Shown: piece after piece, positions 10,787 to 20,148 of the stretch | Numbering within the stretch: position 1 is the first letter of the stretch | How the letters are laid out: every line of letters starts with the position of its first letter | Assembly (NCBI GenBank): GCA_021399345.1 | Contig: JAAFKI010000154.1 | Location: 24,498-88,497, forward strand | Direction of reading: 5' to 3' | DNA: 64,000 nt | Source: Candidatus Heimdallarchaeota archaeon | GTDB lineage: Archaea; Asgardarchaeota; Heimdallarchaeia; Heimdallarchaeales; Heimdallarchaeaceae | The notes under the pieces: model-generated | What the model was told of the DNA's origin: nothing | What the model saw: the letters and a program-made list of their open reading frames with translations, nothing else | Databases searched by the model: none | Made by a program: the position numbers and the translations under genes

Positions 10787-10857
10787 AGAAGGATATGAAG
10801 AAAAGAGTATAAAAACACAAAAAAATTGAAACAATAATTGTAATTAAGAAGGAAGGA

Positions 10858-10934
10858 TGGCGCCGCTGGTAGGATTTGAACCTACGACCGATCGGTTAAC
10901 AGCCGATTGCTCCACCAGACTGAGCTACAACGGC
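10858..10934 (-). tRNA. tRNA-Asn(GTT)
   Basis: ATCGG-CT-GTT-AA-CCGAT anticodon arm, GTTCAAATC T-loop, CCA end. Confidence 0.96.
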
Positions 10935-11006
10935 ATCCTTTTGGTTACATTCGTTCTACTTCCTTTTTCTTTTTAAACCTTTTTTTCTGTTCTCTAATTT
11001 TATTAA

Positions 11007-12275
11007 CTAAGTTTTTTCTAGAGCATTGTAAACTAAATCAGTAATTCTGAAAGTTTCAATTGGAAGTATCCAATTATTGTCAACTGGGCAGTATTGTGTC
11101 ATAACAACCGTAACCAACTGATTTGTTGGATCTATTCTGAAAAGGACATTTAAAGCTCCAGCCCAACCATATTCACCAATAGCGCATTTATGCATATTTT
11201 CAGCTGTTTTAACTACTACACCTAGACCAAAACCAAATCCTTCATTTCGCTTAATTATCTCAGAATCTTCAGGTTGAAAGAATTGCATTTCTAGATAACT
11301 CTTACCATCAGGTAATTGGTTTGATGACATCAGGTCAATTGTTTTCTTTGAGATGACTTTATTACCATTATACTGTCCGCCATTTAACATCATTATACAA
11401 AATTTAAGATAATCTTCTAAAGTTGAAACCAAACCTGCTCCTCCAGACAAGAATATTGGTTTGTGGTTATAACCCTCTGCTATAGAATCAGTTATTTCAA
11501 TTAAGTTGCTTTCCTGATCTTTTGTATATACTTCCACAAATCTATCTTGTTTTTCAAGAGGAACGTAAAAATCTGTATCCTTCATACCAATCTTATCAAA
11601 AATACGTTCTTTAAGAAATACGTCAAATGCCTTTCCAGAAAACTTTTCGATTAATAAACCCAAGACATCATGGCCAAAAGCATACCAGAAACGTGATCCT
11701 GGTTCTGAAATTAAAGGAAGACTCGCTAAACGTTTGCCAAAATTCTCTAAAGTTCCAATTCTTTGATGTTCTTCTAATACAGACTTTATTCTATTCTCGC
11801 CAGTAAAACCAAACTTCTCCCCATATAGTTTGTCAGCGGGTATACTAGGATAAAAACCATAGCTAAGTCCAGATGTATGTGTGAAAAGCTGTTTTATAGT
11901 TATGGGATTCTTAATATCTTCTAATTCAATTTCACCCGTTTCATGGTTATATGATTTTAGTATTTTCATATTCTTGAACTCAGGAAGATATTTTTCTAAT
12001 GGATCATTTAACTCATATTTTCCCTCTTCGTGTAGTATTAATGCTGCTAAACATGTAATTGGCTTAGTCATAGAATGTATTCGGAAGATATCATCGAAGG
12101 CAATAGAAATTTTATCTCCTTTGTCTTTCCAACCAAATTTGTTACAATAAACCAGATCTCCCTTCTTGTAAACGGCACATAAAATTCCTCCAGTATCATC
12201 ATCATCTATGTATTTTTGAAATTCAGATGTTAAATCTGTGAATGATTCTGGATTTCTTACTTCTATTTTCATCAA
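11007..12275 (-). CDS. Serine hydrolase, beta-lactamase/class C esterase family
   Basis: FRIHSMTK (SxxK), LFTHTSGL, PG..FWY, GGAGLVST, YGWAGA. Confidence 0.9.
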   Translation of the reverse strand: MMKIEVRNPESFTDLTSEFQKYIDDDDTGGILCAVYKKGDLVYCNKFGWKDKGDKISIAFDDIFRIHSMTKPITCLAALILHEEGKYELNDPLEKYLPEFKNMKILKSYNHETGEIELEDIKNPITIKQLFTHTSGLSYGFYPSIPADKLYGEKFGFTGENRIKSVLEEHQRIGTLENFGKRLASLPLISEPGSRFWYAFGHDVLGLLIEKFSGKAFDVFLKERIFDKIGMKDTDFYVPLEKQDRFVEVYTKDQESNLIEITDSIAEGYNHKPIFLSGGAGLVSTLEDYLKFCIMMLNGGQYNGNKVISKKTIDLMSSNQLPDGKSYLEMQFFQPEDSEIIKRNEGFGFGLGVVVKTAENMHKCAIGEYGWAGALNVLFRIDPTNQLVTVVMTQYCPVDNNWILPIETFRITDLVYNALEKT

Positions 12276-12377
12276 AAATAATGTTATTTCTTCTTTTTTA
12301 TATCCTTTTGCCTAATTTTTTAGAATTTCTCATAGGAAGAATTATCAGCAAGGAACCGTCAGTTTACTAGAGTAAAT

Positions 12378-13052
12378 ATGGATATTAGTGCTCAGGAAGA
12401 GTTGTTTGAGAAGAATTGGGAGCATTATAGTAAAATTCTGTTAGAAGATAGAGTACCTCTTTTTGATGATAGTGTAATCTACTCTGGAAAAAAACTCTAT
12501 GATAAAAACAATCCTCCTTTTCTAGCCTCTATTGTTAAGGTTCCTCATTCCCTTTGTGAAAACCTCCAACAAATTCAAGCTGCTTTCGATAGGATTGATC
12601 ACAGACATACTTATTTTCATCCCATATATTTTCACATTACTCTAAAAGAATTTGGCTGGGAGGACCAAGTAGAAATCAAGGAAATCAGTGAAAAAATGAC
12701 AAGGGTTGCAAATAATTTTTCACCTTTTGAATTAGAAATCAAAGGAATTAATTGCTTTGAAAGAATCATTTTTGCACAAGTGTTCGATAAGAATCAGGTT
12801 CTAGAATCTATCTTTAATAAGATTTTTGAAGAGTTTCCACATTTGGAAAAATACTTCCCATTTTATATTCCCCACATATCTTTAGCTAGAATAGAAACAA
12901 CTGAAGCCAGAAATTTAATTCATGTGATAAATGAAAAATATAGAAATATGGAAATTGGATTTATGCGAGTAGAAGATATTCAGATTGTAGCGGCTAGACC
13001 TTATCTAACGGTTGGAAGGATAGATATCCGTGAGAAAATCAGTCTTGGATAA
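12378..13052 (+). CDS. 2H phosphoesterase / 2'-5' RNA ligase family protein
   Basis: Two Hx(T/S) motifs: FHITL and PHISL. Confidence 0.8.
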   Translation: MDISAQEELFEKNWEHYSKILLEDRVPLFDDSVIYSGKKLYDKNNPPFLASIVKVPHSLCENLQQIQAAFDRIDHRHTYFHPIYFHITLKEFGWEDQVEIKEISEKMTRVANNFSPFELEIKGINCFERIIFAQVFDKNQVLESIFNKIFEEFPHLEKYFPFYIPHISLARIETTEARNLIHVINEKYRNMEIGFMRVEDIQIVAARPYLTVGRIDIREKISLG

Positions 13053-13113
13053 AAGATAGTAACAATCAAAATATTTTTTATACGAATATCATCAAAACTC
13101 CTTGCAAAGTATT

Positions 13114-13188
13114 GCCTCGGTAACTCAGTGGTAGAGTGATTGACTTGTAATCAATTAGTCGAGGGTTCAATTCCCTTCCGAGGCTCCA
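13114..13188 (+). tRNA. tRNA-Thr(TGT)
   Basis: ATTGA-CT-TGT-AA-TCAAT anticodon arm, GTTCAATTC, CCA end. Confidence 0.96.
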
Positions 13189-13209
13189 TCTTTTTCTTCT
13201 ATTACTTCA

Positions 13210-13743
13210 TTACAGTTTACTCTTTGCTTTTTCAATTATGTTTTGTATGAAATCTGATTTGCCTTCTGTATATTTTTCTCTATCATTTCCATATTTAAGA
13301 ACTAATTTCTGTTTAAGTTCAGAATATTGTTCTACTTCTTTTGGATGTTTTCTCAAAAAATCTCTAAACAGAATATGTTTATCCCATTCATAATGACCTT
13401 TTAGCATAACATGAAGATGATGGGTTCTATAATTCTCTCCCCCTTTCACAAACATATGTCTATCTGGGATTCCCTGCTCTCCCCTATAGATAAAACCAAC
13501 ATTTTTTAGAGGAATAATGATTTTCTCAATATTATCAAGTGAATCAATAGCAACAGCGATATCTATTATTGGTTTAGCTACAGAGTTTGGAATGGCAGTG
13601 CTTCCAATGTGTTGGATATCAACTAGAAAATCAGCTATCACTGCTGACATTAACTCTTTTTCCTGTTTGAAAAAATCTTTCCACTGTAGATTATATGGTT
13701 TTAACAGAACTGTACCACGTTTTAAACCAATCATCAAACCCAT
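13210..13743 (-). CDS. GrpB family nucleotidyltransferase-fold protein
   Basis: HIGSTAIP..AKPIIDI, HHLHV, LFRDFLR, YTEGKSDFI. Confidence 0.9.
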   Translation of the reverse strand: MGLMIGLKRGTVLLKPYNLQWKDFFKQEKELMSAVIADFLVDIQHIGSTAIPNSVAKPIIDIAVAIDSLDNIEKIIIPLKNVGFIYRGEQGIPDRHMFVKGGENYRTHHLHVMLKGHYEWDKHILFRDFLRKHPKEVEQYSELKQKLVLKYGNDREKYTEGKSDFIQNIIEKAKSKL

Positions 13744-13836
13744 TTTAAAAACAGTTTATTTAGATTTTTTCATCGCTCATAATAGCAAAATGATGATGAC
13801 TCCCTCCCTTCGACAGAGACCTTACTTTGTTTGTTC

Positions 13837-14157
13837 TTATGAACTATCAGCTGTTACTATTTCCATTAATCCTAATATTTCGAGTAACTTTCTTTCTAAA
13901 TCGATTCCTACTACGCCTGCTAATGCTAAAGTACTGAGAAGACTCTCAATTAATTCATCCTCAATAGTTGGATCACATTCTAAACCTTCACAGTCATCTA
14001 ATATTTGGCTAGCAAAAGCATTCAACATTTTTTCTCCCATTATTCTGCTTGGAGTTTTTGGAATATTCATTACATCTAATTGTTTTACACTGTTTCTACT
14101 GTTAATGAGTTCAAGCAGTTTCTTTTGTGCCTCGCTAATTGTTACCATCATCATCAC
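13837..14157 (-). CDS. Hypothetical protein, degenerate MazG-like helical fold
   Basis: TISEAQK start and EDELIESLLSTLALAGVVGIDLE resemble MazG-like proteins; GGTGA RBS upstream. Confidence 0.5.
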   Translation of the reverse strand: MMMMVTISEAQKKLLELINSRNSVKQLDVMNIPKTPSRIMGEKMLNAFASQILDDCEGLECDPTIEDELIESLLSTLALAGVVGIDLERKLLEILGLMEIVTADSS

Positions 14158-14239
14158 CTATTCTTCGGAGTTTTTCCTATTTATACAGAGATAATATTTA
14201 CTTTTAAAATCATCTAATATATTTACTTAATGATTCATT

Positions 14240-14428
14240 GTTCCACAAGAAATCTAATAGAAAAAATTATTTTTTCCTTAGATGTGGATTCGTTAAGAAG
14301 AGGGGCTGAATCTCCGAAGAACCACCATTTCCATTGGAAACTATGGGGCGGGGCTTTAAACGGCTGAAAGACAACTAATCATTAAATTTAGGATTTTTGT
14401 CGGGAGTCTGTAAACTGATTTTTGTCGG
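14240..14428. promoter_or_regulatory. Candidate replication origin: ORB with G-string, mini-ORB, AT-rich tract and 12-bp direct repeats
   Basis: TTTCCATTGGAAAC-TAT-GGGGCGGGG (14328-14353), GTTCCACAAGAAAT (14240-14253), GATTTTTGTCGG x2. Confidence 0.5.
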
Positions 14429-14554
14429 TAAGTGTAATACCAGCCTATTATCAAAAAAAGTAGTTTTCACTTAAATTTTCAAAGGTTTATACTAAAACAA
14501 ATCTTTTCGATATCGAAATGTTAAAAAAAGGAGGAAGGGAAGACAATCCAACAT

Positions 14555-14630
14555 GGGCCAGTAGATCAGTTGGGAGATCGCATCGCTTGCACCGATGAGG
14601 CCTCGGGTTCAAGTCCCGACTGGTCCACCA
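14555..14630 (+). tRNA. tRNA-Ala(TGC)
   Basis: G3:U70 pair, CATCG-CT-TGC-AC-CGATG, CCA end. Confidence 0.96.
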
Positions 14631-14696
14631 CCTTTACCTTTCAGAGTTAATGATTAAAGAAAGGTTTTTGTTTTCAAATAGAATAAGGATTTTGAA

Positions 14697-15422
14697 ATGA
14701 TGGTTTCTGCAATTATTCCAGTCCATAATGAAGAAGGTAACGTTATACCTGTATACCGTGAACTAAAAGAGATATTGCAGAAGGTAACAACTGATTTTGA
14801 GATAATCTTTGTAGACGATGGGTCGAAGGACACTACCTTGGATAAGCTTCTTTCACTTAAATCTAAGGAAGAAAAACTGCGTATTATTCAATTTAAAAAA
14901 AACTATGGTAAAAGTGCAGCTCTTTCAGCTGGATTTGACAATGCAGAAGGAGATTCCATCATCACACTTGATGGAGATGGCCAAGATGACCCAAATAACA
15001 TTCCTAATCTAATCAGTGCCTTAACAGAAGAATATGACTTTGTTTGTGGTTGGAGAGTTAAACGTAATGATAAATTTCTTAAAAAAACTAGCTCGAAAAT
15101 TTACAATTTTCTAAATAGGGTAATTAATCGAAGTAAAATCCATGATAATAATTGTATGCTGAGAATTTACAGAAAAGAAGCTGTTTCGGATTTAAAATTA
15201 ACAAAAGGTGCACATAGATACATCCCAACAATTCTTACCAGTAAAGGTTTCAGAATTGCAGAAATAGAAGTCAATCATAGACCAAGATTAACAGGAAAAT
15301 CAAGTTACGGTTTCAAACGGCTTTTTGTTGGATTCTTTCATTTATTCAGATTTCGTTCTTTTACTAGAATTAAGCAAAAGTCAGTATATGTAATAGAAAA
15401 GAAATATGGTTTTGAGGAATGA
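14697..15422 (+). CDS. Glycosyltransferase family 2 (ArnC/DPM1-like)
   Basis: IIPVHNEE, VDDGSKD, NYGKSAAL, LDGDGQD, HRYIP. Confidence 0.92.
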   Translation: MMVSAIIPVHNEEGNVIPVYRELKEILQKVTTDFEIIFVDDGSKDTTLDKLLSLKSKEEKLRIIQFKKNYGKSAALSAGFDNAEGDSIITLDGDGQDDPNNIPNLISALTEEYDFVCGWRVKRNDKFLKKTSSKIYNFLNRVINRSKIHDNNCMLRIYRKEAVSDLKLTKGAHRYIPTILTSKGFRIAEIEVNHRPRLTGKSSYGFKRLFVGFFHLFRFRSFTRIKQKSVYVIEKKYGFEE

Positions 15423-15433
15423 TATCAAATAAT

Positions 15434-16423
15434 TCATACTAGCTTCTGATCTTTCATCCAGTTAAAGGCATCTTGAAAAGAATCTTTAATAGAATATTCA
15501 GGTTCAAAACCCACTATCTGGTTAATTTTTTCTAAGCTATATACTCTTGTCCTACTGAATTGATTTACTCTTCTACGGGATATTTTTGGAGTTGATTTCT
15601 TTATTTTAGCCATTGTTTCACTAAAAACAGCTGCAGTTATCGCTAGTGGGAAACTTATTTCTTCAAATACAGGTTCTTTTCCAGTAATTTCTCCTGCCAT
15701 TTCAAATAACTCCCGAGCAGTACAAGTTGAACCAATAACATGAAAAGCTTCACCATTAGCTTTTTCTGTAGCTCCACACATAACTAAAGCTCTAGCTACA
15801 TCCTTATGATGAACAAAAGAAACAACAGCTTTACCAGTTCCAACAAGAGGTATCTTTCTTTCCTTCAGGAGGTAATTAAAAATTTTAGGTGCTACTTGTC
15901 TATCCTTGGGGCCAACAATGTAAGGTGGTCTAACTGCTGAAGCAAAAAAACCATGCTCTCGTGCATACTTGAAAACTAATTTCTCGGCTATCCATTTAGT
16001 TTCATGATAAGGGTGATCAGATTTTTTTGGATGATCCTCTTTTATTGGTTGATTTTTTACCTTGTAACCATAAATGCCAACTGTACTTATATGTAAGAAT
16101 TTTTTCCCATTGTTCTCAATAAATGCTTCAAGCAAATTTTTTGTACCTGTCACATTAACATCGTAATATAATCTTGAGGGAATATTATCTCTAGCTTCTC
16201 CAGCAGCATTATAGACATCATCTATTCCACTTAATGCTTTTAGTAGAGATTCTTTGTCCGTTAAATCTCCTTTAACGAAACTGATACCTAACTCTTCTAA
16301 AGCAGGATATTTTTTGTCTGACCGAGTTAATGCTTTGATTTCTGTTTTTGGATATTCTTCTCTTAATTTCTTAGCAATAAAATATCCCACTGCACTAGTA
16401 GCTCCAGTTACCAATATAGTCAT
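15434..16423 (-). CDS. NAD-dependent epimerase/dehydratase (extended SDR)
   Basis: LVTGATSAVG, VNVTGT, YHETK (YxxxK). Confidence 0.88.
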   Translation of the reverse strand: MTILVTGATSAVGYFIAKKLREEYPKTEIKALTRSDKKYPALEELGISFVKGDLTDKESLLKALSGIDDVYNAAGEARDNIPSRLYYDVNVTGTKNLLEAFIENNGKKFLHISTVGIYGYKVKNQPIKEDHPKKSDHPYHETKWIAEKLVFKYAREHGFFASAVRPPYIVGPKDRQVAPKIFNYLLKERKIPLVGTGKAVVSFVHHKDVARALVMCGATEKANGEAFHVIGSTCTARELFEMAGEITGKEPVFEEISFPLAITAAVFSETMAKIKKSTPKISRRRVNQFSRTRVYSLEKINQIVGFEPEYSIKDSFQDAFNWMKDQKLV

Positions 16424-16547
16424 TTTCTTCTATCTAAAATAAAACGGGTTCTATATATTTTTTTAGAGTGAAAAAGGACTAGAAGCTAAATTATTTTAAC
16501 TTCTGTTAAAGCGAAACGCTTTTTTAAGCCGATTTTGTAACTAATTT

Positions 16548-17981
16548 ATGATAAAAATTTATAGCACTCTTACACGTCTACTTGAAGAGTTCAAGACTAT
16601 TAAACCTGGTGTTGTGAAGTGGTATAACTGTGGACCAACAGTTAATGGTCTCATGCATTTAGGCCATGCTAGATCTGCTATAGCCTTTGATACTATTCGA
16701 AGATATCTTGAGTATAAAAAATACAAGGTGGTATATGTAATGAACTTCACAGATATCGAAGATAGAATGATCGAAGTAGCAAATAAAGAAAAACGAGCAG
16801 TATTAGAGGTTGCTGAAGAATATTTAAACTATTTCCGACGAGATATGGCTAATTTAAATCTCAAAACTGCCACAGTACATCCTAGAGCTATGCTCCACAT
16901 TAACCAAATGATTGAGTTCATTGAGGGGTTAATAGAAAAAGGATATGCGTATGAGAGTAATGGGGATGTCTATTTTGATGTCAGAAAGTTCGAAGAATAT
17001 GGAAAACTATCAAATCAGAAGTTAGAAAATGTTCTTCAAGAGGGAACAGAAGATACCAAAAATCCCAATAAAAGGTTTCCTGCAGATTTTGCACTATGGA
17101 AGAATGAAAAACCAGGTGAACCAAGTTGGTCATCACCTTGGGGTAAAGGAAGGCCAGGCTGGAATCTAGAATGCTCTTGCATGTCCAGAATCTATCTTGG
17201 TGACACTTTAGATATCCACAGTGGTGGTCAAGATCTCATCTTTCCTCATCATGAGAATGAAATTGCTCAATCTGAATCACTTACAGGAAAACCATTTGCC
17301 AATTATTGGCTCCATAATGGTTACATCAATATCGATAAGGAAAAAATGAGTAAATCTCTAGGCAATTTTGTTAATATTGTGGATTTACTCCAACATTATT
17401 CTACAGATGCTGTGCGTTTGTTTGTCCTTCAAACCCATTACCGTAGTCCAATCATTTTTACTGAGGATGCAATAGATCAAGCTCAAATAACATCGGACAG
17501 GTTGTTTGATGTTATTTTACTAACCAAGAATTATGCAACCGAAACAACAGTGAATAAAAGTGCTCTATCGGATTTAGATAAAGAGTTACTAGAAAAAATC
17601 ACCAAAGCTAGAGAGGATTTTGTCAAAGCGATGGATGAAGATTTCAACACATCTAATGGTTTTGCTGTAGTCTTTGATTATTCTAGGGAAGTTAATGATT
17701 ATCTTCGAAAAGCAGACCAAATTAATGGAGCTGTTATTAACAAAGCTGATGAACTATTCAATGAATTCAGATCAGTTTTCGGCTTATATGAAGATTTTAA
17801 CAGTTACCTATCAATGGATTTAGTTGAAAAACTAGTTAAACTTCTTGTTGAAATCCGTGGTGAATATAGGAAAGAGAAGAACTGGGAAATGAGTGACAAA
17901 ATAAGAGATGAGCTAAAGCATGCTGGTGTCACCTTAGAAGACAATCCAAAAAGAATTCTCTGGAAACTTAGTGAAAACTAG
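16548..17981 (+). CDS. cysS: Cysteinyl-tRNA synthetase
   Basis: CGPT, HLGH (HIGH), DFALWK, FPHHENE, KMSKSLGN, HYRSP. Confidence 0.96.
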   Translation: MIKIYSTLTRLLEEFKTIKPGVVKWYNCGPTVNGLMHLGHARSAIAFDTIRRYLEYKKYKVVYVMNFTDIEDRMIEVANKEKRAVLEVAEEYLNYFRRDMANLNLKTATVHPRAMLHINQMIEFIEGLIEKGYAYESNGDVYFDVRKFEEYGKLSNQKLENVLQEGTEDTKNPNKRFPADFALWKNEKPGEPSWSSPWGKGRPGWNLECSCMSRIYLGDTLDIHSGGQDLIFPHHENEIAQSESLTGKPFANYWLHNGYINIDKEKMSKSLGNFVNIVDLLQHYSTDAVRLFVLQTHYRSPIIFTEDAIDQAQITSDRLFDVILLTKNYATETTVNKSALSDLDKELLEKITKAREDFVKAMDEDFNTSNGFAVVFDYSREVNDYLRKADQINGAVINKADELFNEFRSVFGLYEDFNSYLSMDLVEKLVKLLVEIRGEYRKEKNWEMSDKIRDELKHAGVTLEDNPKRILWKLSEN

Positions 17982-18060
17982 GTACTTCCTCCTTTTTATT
18001 TTTAATTTCAGACAAAATAATCTAAAATGATTTATAGTCCATACTTAATTAACAAAGTTA

Positions 18061-18480
18061 ATGACTAGGATGTTTGGAACACCTGAAGATTACAAAGTAT
18101 ACATGTACACTGCAGTAGGTATGGTACTTGCTGGTGTTGTAGCTTTTGTTGTTTTTCTGATAATTGGAATTGCAGCTTTGATTTCAGCAAGTATAATTAC
18201 TATCGGATGTGGTTTCACTATAGCTGCAGCAATGGGTTTTGGCTTTCTTAGAAAGAAGAAGAAGGACACTAACGCTGACTTCAAAATTACAATACTAATT
18301 AGAATTCTGTTACTTCTAGCTTTTGCTGTGAGTACCTATTTAATCGTATTCGCAGGTTATTATGTAGAAACTGACCCATTCTCTACTAATATGCTTATCA
18401 CTCTGACAATTGCACTTCCAATAGTTATTATATCACTAATTACTTGTGACCTATTTCTAAATCGAAAGAGGAATAATTAA
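18061..18480 (+). CDS. Hypothetical 4-TM membrane protein
   Basis: ORF with four hydrophobic segments filling the gap between genes. Confidence 0.65.
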   Translation: MTRMFGTPEDYKVYMYTAVGMVLAGVVAFVVFLIIGIAALISASIITIGCGFTIAAAMGFGFLRKKKKDTNADFKITILIRILLLLAFAVSTYLIVFAGYYVETDPFSTNMLITLTIALPIVIISLITCDLFLNRKRNN

Positions 18481-20073
18481 TCATCTGGCCATAAAAATTA
18501 GTTTTTTTCTTCTGAGACTTATAGCAGATACTACAAATAGTGGTATCACTAAATATAATGGCTGAAATCTTGATTTATTTACAGTTTCTGGAGGATTCTC
18601 TGATATTTGTACGTTGATTTGTTCAGTGTTTTGATGCCCACTCTCATCTTTAATAACTATAGTTAGATTGTAATTACCATCTTCTAAGTAGCCTAGATCT
18701 ACACTCAATGAAGTTGGTTGCCAATACTTCTTGAAATCAAGTTCAGATTGTTCTATTAATTCCTCCTCGAAATATAGTTTATAGCTGCCATTCATTGGAT
18801 ATTTATTTCTAAAGTTGTAGAAAGCTTCCCAGTTTATGATTGTTTTTTCACCAGATTTTATCCAATACAATGGATCTATTTGTATTATTGGTGAAAGTGA
18901 TACTCTTTCCATTCTGTAAACTCCTCCTGCAATATCTCCTTCTTTTGGAAAATACATCTCCCAAACAATTTCTGATTCGCTATTTACTTCGACCAATCTT
19001 GCCCCAATTGTAGTTTCTCCTTCATGCCCGTGTGTCCCGAATGTTCCTAATTTATTACCATTGGGTAACAGGTCTGCGTCACCCCACCAAGCAGTATGAT
19101 AATTCTTAGGAGATGAAAATTCATAAGTTGTATTAGCAGTCATTGTATTTTCATCAATAATAATCTCAATAATCCTCGAATGATGATTCAAATTGTCTGT
19201 CTGATTGTGTTCATCATTATCAAAATAGATGAAGGAATTTTCAGATGTTATCTCTAGTGCATGACCATGATAGAAGAGGATGTCTTTTATGTTTCCATAA
19301 ATATCTCTCATTGTAAAGTCTCCATGCTCTCCTAGAGACCAGAGTAGAGAACCTGTTTTATGATCTATCTTGTAAAAAGTGTTAGTATTTCTACAACTGA
19401 CATAAATTACATCTTGATCTTGATCGTAGCTTATTGAATTTGCATGTGTGACATCAGCAACCCCTCCAATTTCTAAGTCCTCATAAGGACACCAATGACT
19501 AAAGGGTATAAAATCGCCCATATTCACACTCCAGACCAAAGTTCCATTAGGAGTATATTCTGCTATTTGATCATACAAATATTCTGTTCCTTGGTTTTCA
19601 ATTATATAAGGATGCAGAGTAAAATAAGTGTCATTTGCTTCATTTCTTTCATATTCATGGTGCCCTTTGAATCCTAATTGTTCGGTCTCATCAGTTTCAA
19701 TATTCCACAAGAAAGCTCCAAAATAATTACCATATAGAAGAGTTGTTGAATTGAGAAATTCAACGCTCATGAAACCATCAAGTCCTATATCTTTTTCTAT
19801 GATGATATTGCCTCCCATATCTGTTAAATAAAGAGTTTTATCCACAGATGTATAGTCAACCATACTCCTTCTTTCAATAATAAAAAGATTATATGCATCA
19901 AAATAATCACCATTAGAAATTATTACAGGATTTCCACGAATACTAGTTGTATCTGTTAATTCTTCTATGCTTCCCTGGCTAATCATTACGTTTGAAGTAA
20001 GGAAAAGCAAGATTAGTACTGATGGATATATTTTGGAGGTTATTGAAGTATTGAGCATAGATAGTATCTCCAT
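18481..20073 (-). CDS. Arylsulfotransferase (ASST)-family secreted, C-terminally anchored protein
   Basis: HHE, THANSI, SCRNTN, LLWSLG, HGHA, WWGDADLLPNGN, YRMER; N-terminal signal and C-terminal TM plus basic tail. Confidence 0.78.
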   Translation of the reverse strand: MEILSMLNTSITSKIYPSVLILLFLTSNVMISQGSIEELTDTTSIRGNPVIISNGDYFDAYNLFIIERRSMVDYTSVDKTLYLTDMGGNIIIEKDIGLDGFMSVEFLNSTTLLYGNYFGAFLWNIETDETEQLGFKGHHEYERNEANDTYFTLHPYIIENQGTEYLYDQIAEYTPNGTLVWSVNMGDFIPFSHWCPYEDLEIGGVADVTHANSISYDQDQDVIYVSCRNTNTFYKIDHKTGSLLWSLGEHGDFTMRDIYGNIKDILFYHGHALEITSENSFIYFDNDEHNQTDNLNHHSRIIEIIIDENTMTANTTYEFSSPKNYHTAWWGDADLLPNGNKLGTFGTHGHEGETTIGARLVEVNSESEIVWEMYFPKEGDIAGGVYRMERVSLSPIIQIDPLYWIKSGEKTIINWEAFYNFRNKYPMNGSYKLYFEEELIEQSELDFKKYWQPTSLSVDLGYLEDGNYNLTIVIKDESGHQNTEQINVQISENPPETVNKSRFQPLYLVIPLFVVSAISLRRKKLIFMAR

Positions 20074-20148
20074 ATATTGTTCTCTTCAATAAATCTATCT
20101 TTATTTCTTAATCGTTAAAACTTATATTAACTTGTGAAGATAAATGGT

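Noticed and set aside
13517-14194. 225-aa plus-strand ORF
   Set aside because: Antisense across two better-supported minus-strand genes
13114-14630. Integrated element between tRNA-Thr and tRNA-Ala
   Set aside because: No integrase and no duplicated tRNA 3' end (att repeat) found
16548-17981. CysRS substitutions (GWNLEC for GWHIEC, PTVN for PTVY)
   Set aside because: Zinc ligands and HIGH/KMSKS are intact; not enough to claim altered function
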